From Obrimoposthia wandeli (Eukaryota), in contig CDROCS010001564.1 in NCBI GenBank assembly GCA_977020255.1, forward strand, positions 1 to 64,000: a DNA stretch of 64,000 nucleotides. Direction: 5' to 3'. Position numbers and translations under genes: made by a program. Of this stretch, positions 20,130 to 29,809 are shown one piece after another; position 1 is the stretch's first letter, and every line of letters starts with the position of its first letter. The notes beneath the pieces were generated by a model. It was not told the DNA's origin. It searched no databases and saw nothing but the letters and a program-made list of their open reading frames with translations.

Positions 20130-20879
20130 ATGACCCGCATTTACATTAAAAATTGGTCAGCATGGACGCCTAATATCAAGCTCAAAGAAAACTGGGTGCT
20201 GTGGGCAAACAACCAACCTACAAACTCCTTTTCCGACGATCTCAATATTTCAGATGTCCCCGCAATGCTACGTCGACGTCTCAGTAATCTCGGTAAAATG
20301 GCACTTGCTTGTGCAAACGATACCGAACAAAGTATTCCTCAACGTCCTAGTTTATTCTGCAGTCGTCATGGCGAACTCGCTCGATCTATCGGCTTACTAA
20401 CCAGCCTTGCTCAAGGTGAATTATTATCACCCACCCAATTTAGCCTGTCTGTTCATAATGCCATTGGCGGTATGCTATCTATTAATAGGAAAGATTCTAG
20501 TAATATTACTGCCATCGCGGCCGCTGAAAATATGGTACCAACCGCGCTGTTAGAAGCCAGTTTGGTCATGCAAGAGCAGGGATGCGATGAAATATTGGTC
20601 GTCATTTATGATGATGCTCTTCCAGAACCTTATTCCACTCAGACAGTTGCTCCTGATCCAGCTTATGCTTTGGCTCTTGTTTTAACGAATGTCGCATCAG
20701 AGATAGAACTCGACTTATCAATAGTTTTACCATTAGAAACTGCTATTAATAAAGAGACTGTAGACGACCAGGCAGAGCCTCAGGCATTTTCGTTCATTAG
20801 ATTTCTGCTAGGCCAAGAACCATTATTACAATTGGCCAACCCGCAAACTTGCTACCAACTTAATAAAGTTGAGCATTAA
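20130..20879 (+). CDS. Beta-ketoacyl synthase chain-length factor (ApeC-like)
   Basis: PAMLRRRLS, FCSRHGEL, SPTQFSLSVHNAIGG; truncated KS fold with no recognisable catalytic motif. Confidence 0.85.
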   Translation: MTRIYIKNWSAWTPNIKLKENWVLWANNQPTNSFSDDLNISDVPAMLRRRLSNLGKMALACANDTEQSIPQRPSLFCSRHGELARSIGLLTSLAQGELLSPTQFSLSVHNAIGGMLSINRKDSSNITAIAAAENMVPTALLEASLVMQEQGCDEILVVIYDDALPEPYSTQTVAPDPAYALALVLTNVASEIELDLSIVLPLETAINKETVDDQAEPQAFSFIRFLLGQEPLLQLANPQTCYQLNKVEH

Positions 20880-20881
20880 GT

Positions 20882-21673
20882 ATGAACCTAGGTAAATACT
20901 GGCGTATTAGCGCAACCTTCATGTGCTTTTCAATATTTGGTATCGGTGGGTTTATTTTACCGTTATTCGTTAGGCCCTTATTATGGATTTTCATCAGGCA
21001 TTCAGACCAACGCCACCGAATAGGCAAAGCCTGTATCCATTATAGCTTTAGAGCATTTGTGGAGATGATGCAGTTTTTAGGGGTTATCAATTATCGTATT
21101 AGTGGTTTAGAGCACCTCACATCGTCAGGCCATTTAATTTTAGCCAACCATCCAACACTGATCGATGTTGTGATGTTAATTGCCTTTATTAAAAATTCTG
21201 ACTGCGTTGTCAAAGGTAGCTTATTGAACAACCCGCTAATAGGTGGCTCTCTTGTTATGGCAGGCTATATTGCCAATGACAATCCGACAGAGGTCATTAA
21301 GCAGGCAGCTCATTCTTTACAGCAGGGAAATAATGTCATTATTTTTCCTGAAGGCACTCGCACGACACGTGATCAGTCATTGAAATTCAAACGTGGTGCC
21401 GCAAATATTGCCCTAACCTCAGCTGCGGATATCATACCGGTCATAATCCAGTCGAATCCAGCGGCACTCAGTAAAGAACACTATTGGTACGAAGCTGCTA
21501 ATTCAAGAGTCGCGATTTCTATCAATATTAAGCAAGCCCTGAATAGTGATGAGCTTGCTCAGGGCGAACGTACACCTCACTCTTCAAGACAACTTACTCG
21601 CGATCTTGAGCGGTATTTCTCAGAAGCTCTGTCTCAGCAGCAATACCCAAATAAAACTAATAATGAACATTAA
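20882..21673 (+). CDS. PlsC-family acyltransferase (ApeD-like)
   Basis: LANHPTLID (HX4D), IFPEGTRT. Confidence 0.88.
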   Translation: MNLGKYWRISATFMCFSIFGIGGFILPLFVRPLLWIFIRHSDQRHRIGKACIHYSFRAFVEMMQFLGVINYRISGLEHLTSSGHLILANHPTLIDVVMLIAFIKNSDCVVKGSLLNNPLIGGSLVMAGYIANDNPTEVIKQAAHSLQQGNNVIIFPEGTRTTRDQSLKFKRGAANIALTSAADIIPVIIQSNPAALSKEHYWYEAANSRVAISINIKQALNSDELAQGERTPHSSRQLTRDLERYFSEALSQQQYPNKTNNEH

Positions 21674-21684
21674 GGAATATCACA

Positions 21685-21933
21685 ATGACACATGAAGAAA
21701 TACAAGGCCGCATCACCGACGTACTGTGTGAACTATTTGAACTTAATAGCGCAGATGTGACTCCAGAATCTCGTTTATATGAAGACCTGGATATCGATAG
21801 TATTGATGCGATCGATCTTATCGTTGAACTGAAAACAATGACCGATGGTAAGAAGATTGATCCTGAAGATTTTAAAGCAGTCCGTACCGTCAACGACGTT
21901 ATCCTTGCCATTGAAAAATTAATGAATACTTAA
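21685..21933 (+). CDS. Acyl carrier protein
   Basis: LYEDLDIDSIDAIDL phosphopantetheine-Ser motif; acidic, 82 aa. Confidence 0.92.
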   Translation: MTHEEIQGRITDVLCELFELNSADVTPESRLYEDLDIDSIDAIDLIVELKTMTDGKKIDPEDFKAVRTVNDVILAIEKLMNT

Positions 21934-21937
21934 TTCC

Positions 21938-22492
21938 ATGCAAGTTTTTTTGAAAATTCTCGTAGCCGTTTTAACTCTGCTGTATCCACTGGCAATTTAT
22001 TTTGGTTTACAGCATTTCGATCCACGCCACCTAGTCTTAGTATTATTTTTTGTGGTTATCGCTCGCGCCTTAACAACCGATAAATCTGTGACTAACCACT
22101 GGCTTTGGCTGCCCATATTTTTAGTGCTTATTGGCTGGAGCTGGATTGATAACTCCGATTTAGGGCTAAAGCTTTACCCTGTCATTATTAGTGCTAACTT
22201 ATTGCTATTATTCGGTTTCAGCTTACGCTCAGGTATGCCTATTGTTGAACGCTTAGCTCGCTTGCAGGAACCTAACTTACCACCAGAAGCGGTTATTTAT
22301 ACGCGTACGGTTACAAAAATCTGGTGCGTTTTCTTTATCATTAATGGTTCTATTGCTGCTTATACCGTAGCGCTGGGTGATACTGAAATCTGGACGCTTT
22401 ATAATGGCCTTATCTCGTATATTCTCATGGGGACATTAATGGCCGTAGAATATCTAGTCCGTATGCGTGTCAAAAGGCGTATTGATGCATAG
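21938..22492 (+). CDS. COG4648-like membrane protein (ApeG-like)
   Basis: Hydrophobic; KLYPVII, PIVERLARLQEP, YTRTVTKIW, WTLYNGLISY; ape position. Confidence 0.8.
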   Translation: MQVFLKILVAVLTLLYPLAIYFGLQHFDPRHLVLVLFFVVIARALTTDKSVTNHWLWLPIFLVLIGWSWIDNSDLGLKLYPVIISANLLLLFGFSLRSGMPIVERLARLQEPNLPPEAVIYTRTVTKIWCVFFIINGSIAAYTVALGDTEIWTLYNGLISYILMGTLMAVEYLVRMRVKRRIDA

Positions 22493-24245
22493 CTCTTCCT
22501 TAAGCAGCTTTATTCCTTTAGATAGTATTCTCCTTACGGCCAGACCCCCTGAGCAAGTCTTTGCTTTCTGTCCTGCAAAGGCGATTAGCTGGCAGGTTTG
22601 GCAAGCGAGAGTTCATGCTTGGCAAGAGTGCTTAAGTCAATATAAGGAAGAGAAGTGGGCGGTTTTCCATTCTGATAGCGCTGAGTTTTCTGCCATCCTG
22701 TTTGCACTTTGGTCATTGAATAAAACCAGCTGCATTCCTGGTATTAATAATTCAGCAACGACCAAAGATCTTGAGAAGCATGCCGATGGTTTTATTGGTC
22801 AATTTGAAGGTCATATTTTTAAGCCCTATCTTCAATCAGCCACTGCTGTTTCAGATGATACTTGCTCTCTCGCGGTAATGCCTAGCAAGCTCAATATCGA
22901 ATTACCATTAATAGAGATATTTACCTCAGGCTCTTCTGGTAAACCATTAGCGATTGCCAAAACACTGACACAATTAAGCCGAGAAATTGAGAGTCTAGAA
23001 CAACTTTGGGGCTGTGATATAAACAGTGCTCGTATCGTATCGACGGTCAGCCATCAACATATCTACGGTCTATTGTTTCGTATTTTATGGCCGATATGCG
23101 CACAGCGTGCTTTTTCTCGTTTCAATTTTGAATTCATCGAAGATCTTGCCAATAAACTTAACAGTATTGGTGAAACAGTGCTTATATCGAGTCCAACGCA
23201 CTTATCTCGATTGCCAGAGGGTTTAGATAAAACTCATATACGGTCGCTAACGAAAGCAGTATTTAGCTCAGGGGCTCCGCTTAAAGAACAAGATAGCTAT
23301 CAAGCATTTGAGTTCTTTCATACAAATATTAACGAAGTCTTCGGTAGCTCTGAAACTGGTGGTATTGCTTGGCGTCAACAACATAGCAACCAATACCAGT
23401 ATTGGAACGTCTTACCTAATGTCATCTTCAAGATTGATACTGACTCATCGCGTTTACAAACTCAGTCGCCTCACTTAATGACAGACGATTGGTATCTAAC
23501 CTCTGACCTTGCCCAAGGTATCGACCAACATAGTTTTAAACTACTGGGTCGCAGTGACAAAATCGTAAAAGTTGAAGGTAAGCGCTTATCCATAACGGCC
23601 ATGGAAAATCGTTTAATGGCCGAGACTTCTATTGAAGAAGCTCGCATTATTACAATCGATACAAACAAGCGTATTGAAATCGGCGCAGCCATTGTTCTTA
23701 GTACCCAAGGCCTGTGCTTATTAGCAAAAATTGGCCGTAGAGCCTTTAGTCTGCAATTAAAAGAAGCTTTGCTAACTCAGTTTGAGCGACCGCTATTACC
23801 AAGACGCTGGCGTTTTGTTGCTGAATTTAAGCGCAATAGCCAAAGCAAAGTATTACATCAGGATTTAATTGACCTATTTATGCAAACAGCTCCTCACGTT
23901 TTGCTACCTGTTATTGTAAAAACAGCGCAAGAAAATGAAAATACCGTGTTACTTGATTTGATCGTGCCGAAAGAGCTACGTTATTTCGATGGCCATTTTG
24001 ATCAGCACCCTGTGTTGCCAGGTGTCGTGCAAACTCACTGGGCTGAATACTATGCTCGTGAGCACTTTGAATTTTCTGAAAATTTCTCTGGTTTATCCAA
24101 TATTAAATTCCAACAGATTATTACACCAGGGCAGGAAGTTAAATTATTACTTTCGTTGAGCCATAAGAACGAATCCACTGCGATCAGTTTTTCTTATAGT
24201 TCCGATACCGGTAAACACGCCAGTGGTAAATTAAACTTTAGCTAG
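22485..24245 (+). CDS. AMP-dependent acyl-ACP/CoA synthetase fused to a C-terminal hot-dog dehydratase (ApeH-ApeI-like)
   Basis: FTSGSSGKP, FGSSETGGIA, GRSDKIVKVEGKR; C-terminal YFDGHFDQHPVLPGVVQ and IKFQQIITPG. Confidence 0.85.
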   Translation: MHSSSLSSFIPLDSILLTARPPEQVFAFCPAKAISWQVWQARVHAWQECLSQYKEEKWAVFHSDSAEFSAILFALWSLNKTSCIPGINNSATTKDLEKHADGFIGQFEGHIFKPYLQSATAVSDDTCSLAVMPSKLNIELPLIEIFTSGSSGKPLAIAKTLTQLSREIESLEQLWGCDINSARIVSTVSHQHIYGLLFRILWPICAQRAFSRFNFEFIEDLANKLNSIGETVLISSPTHLSRLPEGLDKTHIRSLTKAVFSSGAPLKEQDSYQAFEFFHTNINEVFGSSETGGIAWRQQHSNQYQYWNVLPNVIFKIDTDSSRLQTQSPHLMTDDWYLTSDLAQGIDQHSFKLLGRSDKIVKVEGKRLSITAMENRLMAETSIEEARIITIDTNKRIEIGAAIVLSTQGLCLLAKIGRRAFSLQLKEALLTQFERPLLPRRWRFVAEFKRNSQSKVLHQDLIDLFMQTAPHVLLPVIVKTAQENENTVLLDLIVPKELRYFDGHFDQHPVLPGVVQTHWAEYYAREHFEFSENFSGLSNIKFQQIITPGQEVKLLLSLSHKNESTAISFSYSSDTGKHASGKLNFS

Positions 24246-24296
24246 CCCTAAATAACGAATTCACATTTTATATAACTTTAAAGCAGATTTTAAATT

Positions 24297-25829
24297 ATGG
24301 TTACCTTCGACGGATCACGACTAACGATTGAAGACATTGTTAATGTTGCTCAACAAACATCTCAAGCAGAATTAAGCTCTGATACTGAGTTCCGAAAGCG
24401 TATTAGCCGAGGCAGTAGCTTCTTAGATAAGTTATTAGAAGAAGATGGTGAAATATACGGCGTAACAACAGGTTATGGCGATTCATGTACCGTTTCTATT
24501 CCGTCTGACTTAGTGACTGAACTGCCCAAGCATTTATATACGTTCCACGGCTGTGGTTTAGGTAGCATGCTATCACCTACCGCTGGCCGTGCAGCACTTG
24601 CGGTTCGCCTAACATCGTTATGCCAAGGTTACTCAGGTGTCAGCGAGAATTTATTAGAGCAGCTCGAGCGCTTATTAAAACAGGATATTATTCCTGTTAT
24701 TCCTGAAGAAGGCTCTGTGGGTGCGAGTGGTGACTTAACACCTCTTTCATATATCGCTGCTGTTTTATGTGGTGAACGTGACGTTTATTACCAAGATGAA
24801 ATTCGTCCAACAAAAGAAGTCTTTAAACAATTAAATATCTCACCGATTACATTGCGTCCTAAAGAAGGCTTAGCCATTATGAATGGTACCGCTGTGATGA
24901 CCGCAATTGCTTGCATTGCCTATAGCCGCGCTGAATATTTAGCAAAGTTAGCGACTCGAATTACCGCGTTAGTAACTTTGACAACTAAAGGTAATGCACA
25001 TCACTTTGATAAAACCTTATTCTCGGTTAAGCCTCACCAAGGCCAGCAAAAAATTGCCGCTTGGTTGCGTGATGATTTAGAAGTCGGCACTCCACCGCGT
25101 AACTCTGATCGACTACAAGACCGTTATTCATTGCGCTGCGCTCCTCACGTGATTGGTGTTATGCAAGATGCTCTACCGTGGATTAGACAGCTGATTGAAA
25201 ACGAATTAAACAGTGCCAACGACAATCCAATTATTGATGCTGAAGGTGAGCATGTTCTGCATGGTGGACATTTTTATGGCGGCCATATTGCACTCGCAAT
25301 GGATACCTTAAAAAATACAGTGGCTAACATTGCTGATCTGCTAGACCGTCAAATGGCATTAATGATGGATACAAAGTTCAACCATGGTTTACCGGCAAAT
25401 CTATCGGGAGCAGAAGGCCCACGCAAGGCTATTAATCATGGCTTTAAAGCAGTTCAAATTGGAACCTCTGCCTGGACCGCTGAAGCATTAAAATTAACAA
25501 TGCCTGCCAGTGTATTCTCTCGCTCTACTGAGTGTCATAACCAAGACAAGGTTAGCATGGGTACTATTGCAGCACGTGATTGTATTCGCGTATTACAGCT
25601 AACTGAACAAGTTGCAGCGGCTGCATTACTAGCCTCATGCCAAGGTTTAGAACTGCGCATGAAGAATAACGAAATTCAGAGTGATGATGTTTCGAATAAA
25701 ATCACTGACTTACTAGCAGAAGTTCGCACCATCAGCGCATTCATTACAGAAGACCGCGCACTTGATAAAGAACTACGAATAGTAATCGATGGCATTCAGA
25801 ACAAAACTTGGGATTTATACTCGGACTAA
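24297..25829 (+). CDS. MIO-dependent aromatic amino-acid ammonia-lyase (HAL/PAL/TAL family)
   Basis: IYGVTTGYG, GSVGASGDL (MIO-forming ASG), QDRYSLRC, HNQDKVSMG. Confidence 0.92.
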   Translation: MVTFDGSRLTIEDIVNVAQQTSQAELSSDTEFRKRISRGSSFLDKLLEEDGEIYGVTTGYGDSCTVSIPSDLVTELPKHLYTFHGCGLGSMLSPTAGRAALAVRLTSLCQGYSGVSENLLEQLERLLKQDIIPVIPEEGSVGASGDLTPLSYIAAVLCGERDVYYQDEIRPTKEVFKQLNISPITLRPKEGLAIMNGTAVMTAIACIAYSRAEYLAKLATRITALVTLTTKGNAHHFDKTLFSVKPHQGQQKIAAWLRDDLEVGTPPRNSDRLQDRYSLRCAPHVIGVMQDALPWIRQLIENELNSANDNPIIDAEGEHVLHGGHFYGGHIALAMDTLKNTVANIADLLDRQMALMMDTKFNHGLPANLSGAEGPRKAINHGFKAVQIGTSAWTAEALKLTMPASVFSRSTECHNQDKVSMGTIAARDCIRVLQLTEQVAAAALLASCQGLELRMKNNEIQSDDVSNKITDLLAEVRTISAFITEDRALDKELRIVIDGIQNKTWDLYSD

Positions 25830-25832
25830 ATT

Positions 25833-26261
25833 ATGTTGAAAGCATCTGTTGAAATTTTAGTACCCTTTCATGATGTCGATACCATGGAAATTGCATGGCA
25901 TGGACATTACGTTAAGTATTTTGAAATAGCCCGTTGTGAGCTATTGAATCAACTGGGTTATAACTACAAACAGATGCGCGACTCAGGATATTCTTGGCCT
26001 GTTATCGATTTGCACATTCGCTACCCCGGTCCTGCAACCTTTGATCAAACAATCATTGTGACTGCCATGCTAAAAGAATGGCAAAACCAACTAAAGATTC
26101 AATATGAGATTCGAGACTCGATTACGCATAAAAGACTTACCAAGGGTCATACCATTCAAGTCGCTGTCGATATGGAAAACCAACAGATGTGTTATGAATC
26201 TCCTAAGGTCCTGCTCGATATAATGAGTGAACTAGAAAATAGCCGTGAGCAAGATTCATGA
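25833..26261 (+). CDS. 4HBT-family acyl-CoA thioesterase (ApeK-like)
   Basis: VPFHDVDTMEIAWHGHYVKYFEIAR. Confidence 0.88.
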   Translation: MLKASVEILVPFHDVDTMEIAWHGHYVKYFEIARCELLNQLGYNYKQMRDSGYSWPVIDLHIRYPGPATFDQTIIVTAMLKEWQNQLKIQYEIRDSITHKRLTKGHTIQVAVDMENQQMCYESPKVLLDIMSELENSREQDS

Positions 26262-26839
26262 AGTTAATGCATTTCTTTATCTCTACCTTGCTACTCGCAA
26301 GTCTTATTATTTCAAATACTTTTGCATTATCAGAGGGGGAGCTGGATCGATTTAATCTTATTCTCTCTCAGCAAAATCATGTAGCCGGAGATTTTGAGCA
26401 GATAAAACATTTATCCATTTTACCGATGCCTATTCTGAGCTCAGGTAACTTTAAGTTTGACCAAGAAACTGGATTAAACTGGATCGTTTTAAAGCCTATT
26501 TATAGTCAGATGGTATTAGATGATAGCGGAATTCGCCAGATTCAAGACGGTAAGGTTGTATGGTCTTTGGATGCAAGCCAGCCAGCAGCCAGCCATATCT
26601 CTACGATTATTGCTTCTGTCTTAGCCGCGGATTGGGAAAAGTTAAGTGATCACTTTATCTTATCATCTGAAGAGCAGGGGAGTAATTGGATCATAAACTT
26701 ACTGCCTAAAAGCCAAGTTCTTTTAACCGCCATCTCTCGCATACAAATGACAGGCTCAGCTCAATTACAGAAAATGACCTTATTTGAAGCGAACGGTGAT
26801 AGCACGGTTATTATTTTCAATATTCGTCTAAGCTCCTGA
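26258..26839 (+). CDS. LolA-like outer-membrane lipid/lipoprotein carrier (ApeL-like)
   Basis: Signal peptide, GDFEQIKHL, LSSGNFKF...GLNW; ape position. Confidence 0.8.
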   Translation: MKLMHFFISTLLLASLIISNTFALSEGELDRFNLILSQQNHVAGDFEQIKHLSILPMPILSSGNFKFDQETGLNWIVLKPIYSQMVLDDSGIRQIQDGKVVWSLDASQPAASHISTIIASVLAADWEKLSDHFILSSEEQGSNWIINLLPKSQVLLTAISRIQMTGSAQLQKMTLFEANGDSTVIIFNIRLSS

Positions 26840-26847
26840 GAGCACTC

Positions 26848-29229
26848 ATGCCCATACTCGTAACCCGTAGTCTTTGGTTTATTATCATACTTGCTTGCTG
26901 CAGTTATATTCTCGCTGCGGGCTATAAAGGCTTTCAGTTTGATACCGATATCTTATCGTTATTACCTGCTAATCAAGATAGTGAAAGTGAACGTATTGCT
27001 AATCAGTCTCTCGCTCAATCCAGTAATAGAAAAGTTATTTTCTTAGTCTCAGCAGGCAATATAGAAACAAGCCAAAAATCAGCAGAGACTGTGGAGTCTC
27101 TGCTTAGACAAAGTACCGCGTTTAAGTCGATACAAGGAAAAGTCAGTGCTGAACAGATTCGTTCATTACAAGAGTCTATTGCGTATTTCGAATATTTCCA
27201 CCTAACGGATCAAGATCAAATACAGCTAGAAAATTACTCCGCTAGCACCTTAACCCTTGAGCAAACCGCTACCGCTAGAAACCCTATTGTTCAACAAGCG
27301 CTAACTCGTCTCTATAGCCCGATGAGTGCGATTATTGCTAAAGGTATTTATACCGATCCTCTGCAATTATTTTTCAACTGGCAAAGTAATATCGCGCCTC
27401 TCACCGCTTTTAAACTGTCCAATGATTGGCTAACAAGAGAAGTTAATGGTCTCAGCTATCATTTAATCAGTGCAGAATTAACCACGAGTCCTTTTGATCT
27501 TGCTACTCAGGAAGTTATCACCGATCTAGTTCTTGATATTCGCCAACATCTTACGAATGATTCAAAATTATTAACCTCGGGGATCATTTTCCATGCGACT
27601 CATGGTGCCAAACAAGCTCAATTTGAGATATCAACGATTGGTATCGGCTCTATTTTTGCTATTTTTGTTCTACTGATTTTTGTATTTCGTAGGGTTTCTC
27701 TCGTTGTATTAACGTTTCTACCCATTGTGATTGGTTGCACTGTGGCATTCAGTTTATCCCTTATGCTATTTGAAAAAGTACATCTAATTACTCTGGCTTT
27801 TGGCGCGGGGTTGATTGGTGTGGCGATTGATTATTCCCTTCATTACATTTGTGCAGCTTTAGCCATGTCAAAGTCGGCAACAAATACAACAGTATATAAA
27901 AATTCAGTATTAAAAATAATCTTACCTAGTTTAATTCTTGGCTTACTTTCAAGCATCGTCGCTTATGCAGCTCAGGGGATGACGCCTTTTCCAGGACTAA
28001 GACAAATGGCCTTCTTTTCTGCTATTGGGTTAATCAGTGCTTGGATTACCGTTGTATTATTCTTTCCGATGTTCAAAATTGAAAAAGTTGAATGGATCGA
28101 TTCAACTTTAACACCTATTTTTAGCTCTCTGAAAAAAGTATGGCCTAATACTTCAAATAAAAAATACACAATATTCTTGGGTATATTGGTTTGTTTGTCT
28201 CTTGTACAGCTATCACAATTAACAATAAATGATGACATTCGAAATCTACAAACCTCTCCCCAGAGCCTGATTGCCAATGAAGTTAAAACCTTACAGTTAA
28301 TCAAAGCGCCTTCTTTTAGCCAGTATTTAGTTCTGAAAGCAGAGAGTGCTGAAGCGCTTTTACAACGAGAAGAGTCTCTGCAGCCAACACTAGAAGCCAT
28401 GCGAACCTCTGGTCAAATTGGTGATTATCAATCTACCGCACGACAAGTTTTCTCTGCACAAAAACAGCGCTATCAAAATCAACTATTACGAGACAGCGTC
28501 TATGCTCCCCTACAACTGCTGCATCAATTCTCAGCAGCTCTTAATACACCCGTAATAGAAGAGCACGCTCGAACCGTTTTTAACCAGTCTTCAAATACAA
28601 TTGTTAATATTGACCAATGGCTAGAGGAACCTGCAAGCCAAGCTTATCGTCACTTATGGTTAGGTCAGCACAATAGTAATTTTTATTCCTTGATTACTTT
28701 TACCAACTTATCAAAAGATGCAGCTTCAACCTTGGCCTCACTAAATAATGAAGATGTATTGTACATAGACCGTCTAGCATCAATCAGCAATGTATTAACG
28801 CAGTACCGCTCACAATTATTCATTTGGATCATCGCCGCTTATTCGTTCATTCTTTGCCTTTTATGCTTTAAATACCGTCTTCAAGCTTGGCGAATTATTG
28901 CAGCACCTGCGCTGGCCAGTATTTTCACCATTGCTGTATTATCCGCTTTGGGAGCACACATCACGCTGTTCAATTTATTAGCCCTATTGATTGTTCTTGG
29001 CATCGGCTTAGACGCCAGTATTTTCCTATTTGATAGTAAGGGCAATGCTCATACCTGGTTGGCAGTGAATTTATCGACCCTTACAACCTTATTCGCTTTT
29101 GGCTTATTAGGCTTATGCCAAACACCAGTTTTGCATTATTTTGGCATTACTATTTTATTAGGCATTTTCTTAATCTGGCTATTAGCACCTAGCTTCACGA
29201 TCACAGGACAAAACAATGAAACTAATTAA
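26848..29229 (+). CDS. MMPL/RND-type exporter (ApeM-like)
   Basis: Two TM bundles separated by large loops; FGAGLIGVAIDY, VLGIGLDASIF. Confidence 0.85.
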   Translation: MPILVTRSLWFIIILACCSYILAAGYKGFQFDTDILSLLPANQDSESERIANQSLAQSSNRKVIFLVSAGNIETSQKSAETVESLLRQSTAFKSIQGKVSAEQIRSLQESIAYFEYFHLTDQDQIQLENYSASTLTLEQTATARNPIVQQALTRLYSPMSAIIAKGIYTDPLQLFFNWQSNIAPLTAFKLSNDWLTREVNGLSYHLISAELTTSPFDLATQEVITDLVLDIRQHLTNDSKLLTSGIIFHATHGAKQAQFEISTIGIGSIFAIFVLLIFVFRRVSLVVLTFLPIVIGCTVAFSLSLMLFEKVHLITLAFGAGLIGVAIDYSLHYICAALAMSKSATNTTVYKNSVLKIILPSLILGLLSSIVAYAAQGMTPFPGLRQMAFFSAIGLISAWITVVLFFPMFKIEKVEWIDSTLTPIFSSLKKVWPNTSNKKYTIFLGILVCLSLVQLSQLTINDDIRNLQTSPQSLIANEVKTLQLIKAPSFSQYLVLKAESAEALLQREESLQPTLEAMRTSGQIGDYQSTARQVFSAQKQRYQNQLLRDSVYAPLQLLHQFSAALNTPVIEEHARTVFNQSSNTIVNIDQWLEEPASQAYRHLWLGQHNSNFYSLITFTNLSKDAASTLASLNNEDVLYIDRLASISNVLTQYRSQLFIWIIAAYSFILCLLCFKYRLQAWRIIAAPALASIFTIAVLSALGAHITLFNLLALLIVLGIGLDASIFLFDSKGNAHTWLAVNLSTLTTLFAFGLLGLCQTPVLHYFGITILLGIFLIWLLAPSFTITGQNNETN

Positions 29230-29809
29230 AACGGTCTTTTTAATTCTTATATGCCATGGGCTATTAGCCTGTAGTACGTTTTCAAAGCCGCTGGTACTGC
29301 CAGAGTTTCCTTTGTTTGACCCTGCAGATTTGGGGCAAGAGATTCAATTAACTCAACTGGTTACCAGCCAAGTGAATGATTTACCCCAAGTTATGATAGC
29401 CGCGTGGTCAGTTGAAAATGGAAGCATGAATTTAGTCGGCTTAACGGTTACTGGACAAGAAATTTTACGCTTACAATACGACGGAGAGAATCTCATTGAA
29501 GAATACAGTCCGTTATTAAATGTGCCTATTAACGGCCGCATTGTTATTTCTCAAATCCAGTTGTCTTACTGGCCGCTTGATTCAATCCAGCGTCAACTTG
29601 CCGATTCTTCTTGGAAATTACTTCAAGATGAAAATCAGAGAATCATTACTTTCAAAGATCGTTCGATCACGACCATTAAAGAAAAGTCCAACACGGTAAT
29701 GCCAGAATTATTCAGCAAAGTATGGCCTGAACTTGTTTTACAAAGCCCGATATTTAATCAAAATTTAACGATTAAAACGATCTCAGTAGGAAAGATAAAT
29801 GAAAAATGA
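29216..29809 (+). CDS. DUF3261-like lipoprotein (ApeN-like)
   Basis: Lipobox LLAC, QIQLSYWP motif; ape position. Confidence 0.75.
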   Translation: MKLIKTVFLILICHGLLACSTFSKPLVLPEFPLFDPADLGQEIQLTQLVTSQVNDLPQVMIAAWSVENGSMNLVGLTVTGQEILRLQYDGENLIEEYSPLLNVPINGRIVISQIQLSYWPLDSIQRQLADSSWKLLQDENQRIITFKDRSITTIKEKSNTVMPELFSKVWPELVLQSPIFNQNLTIKTISVGKINEK

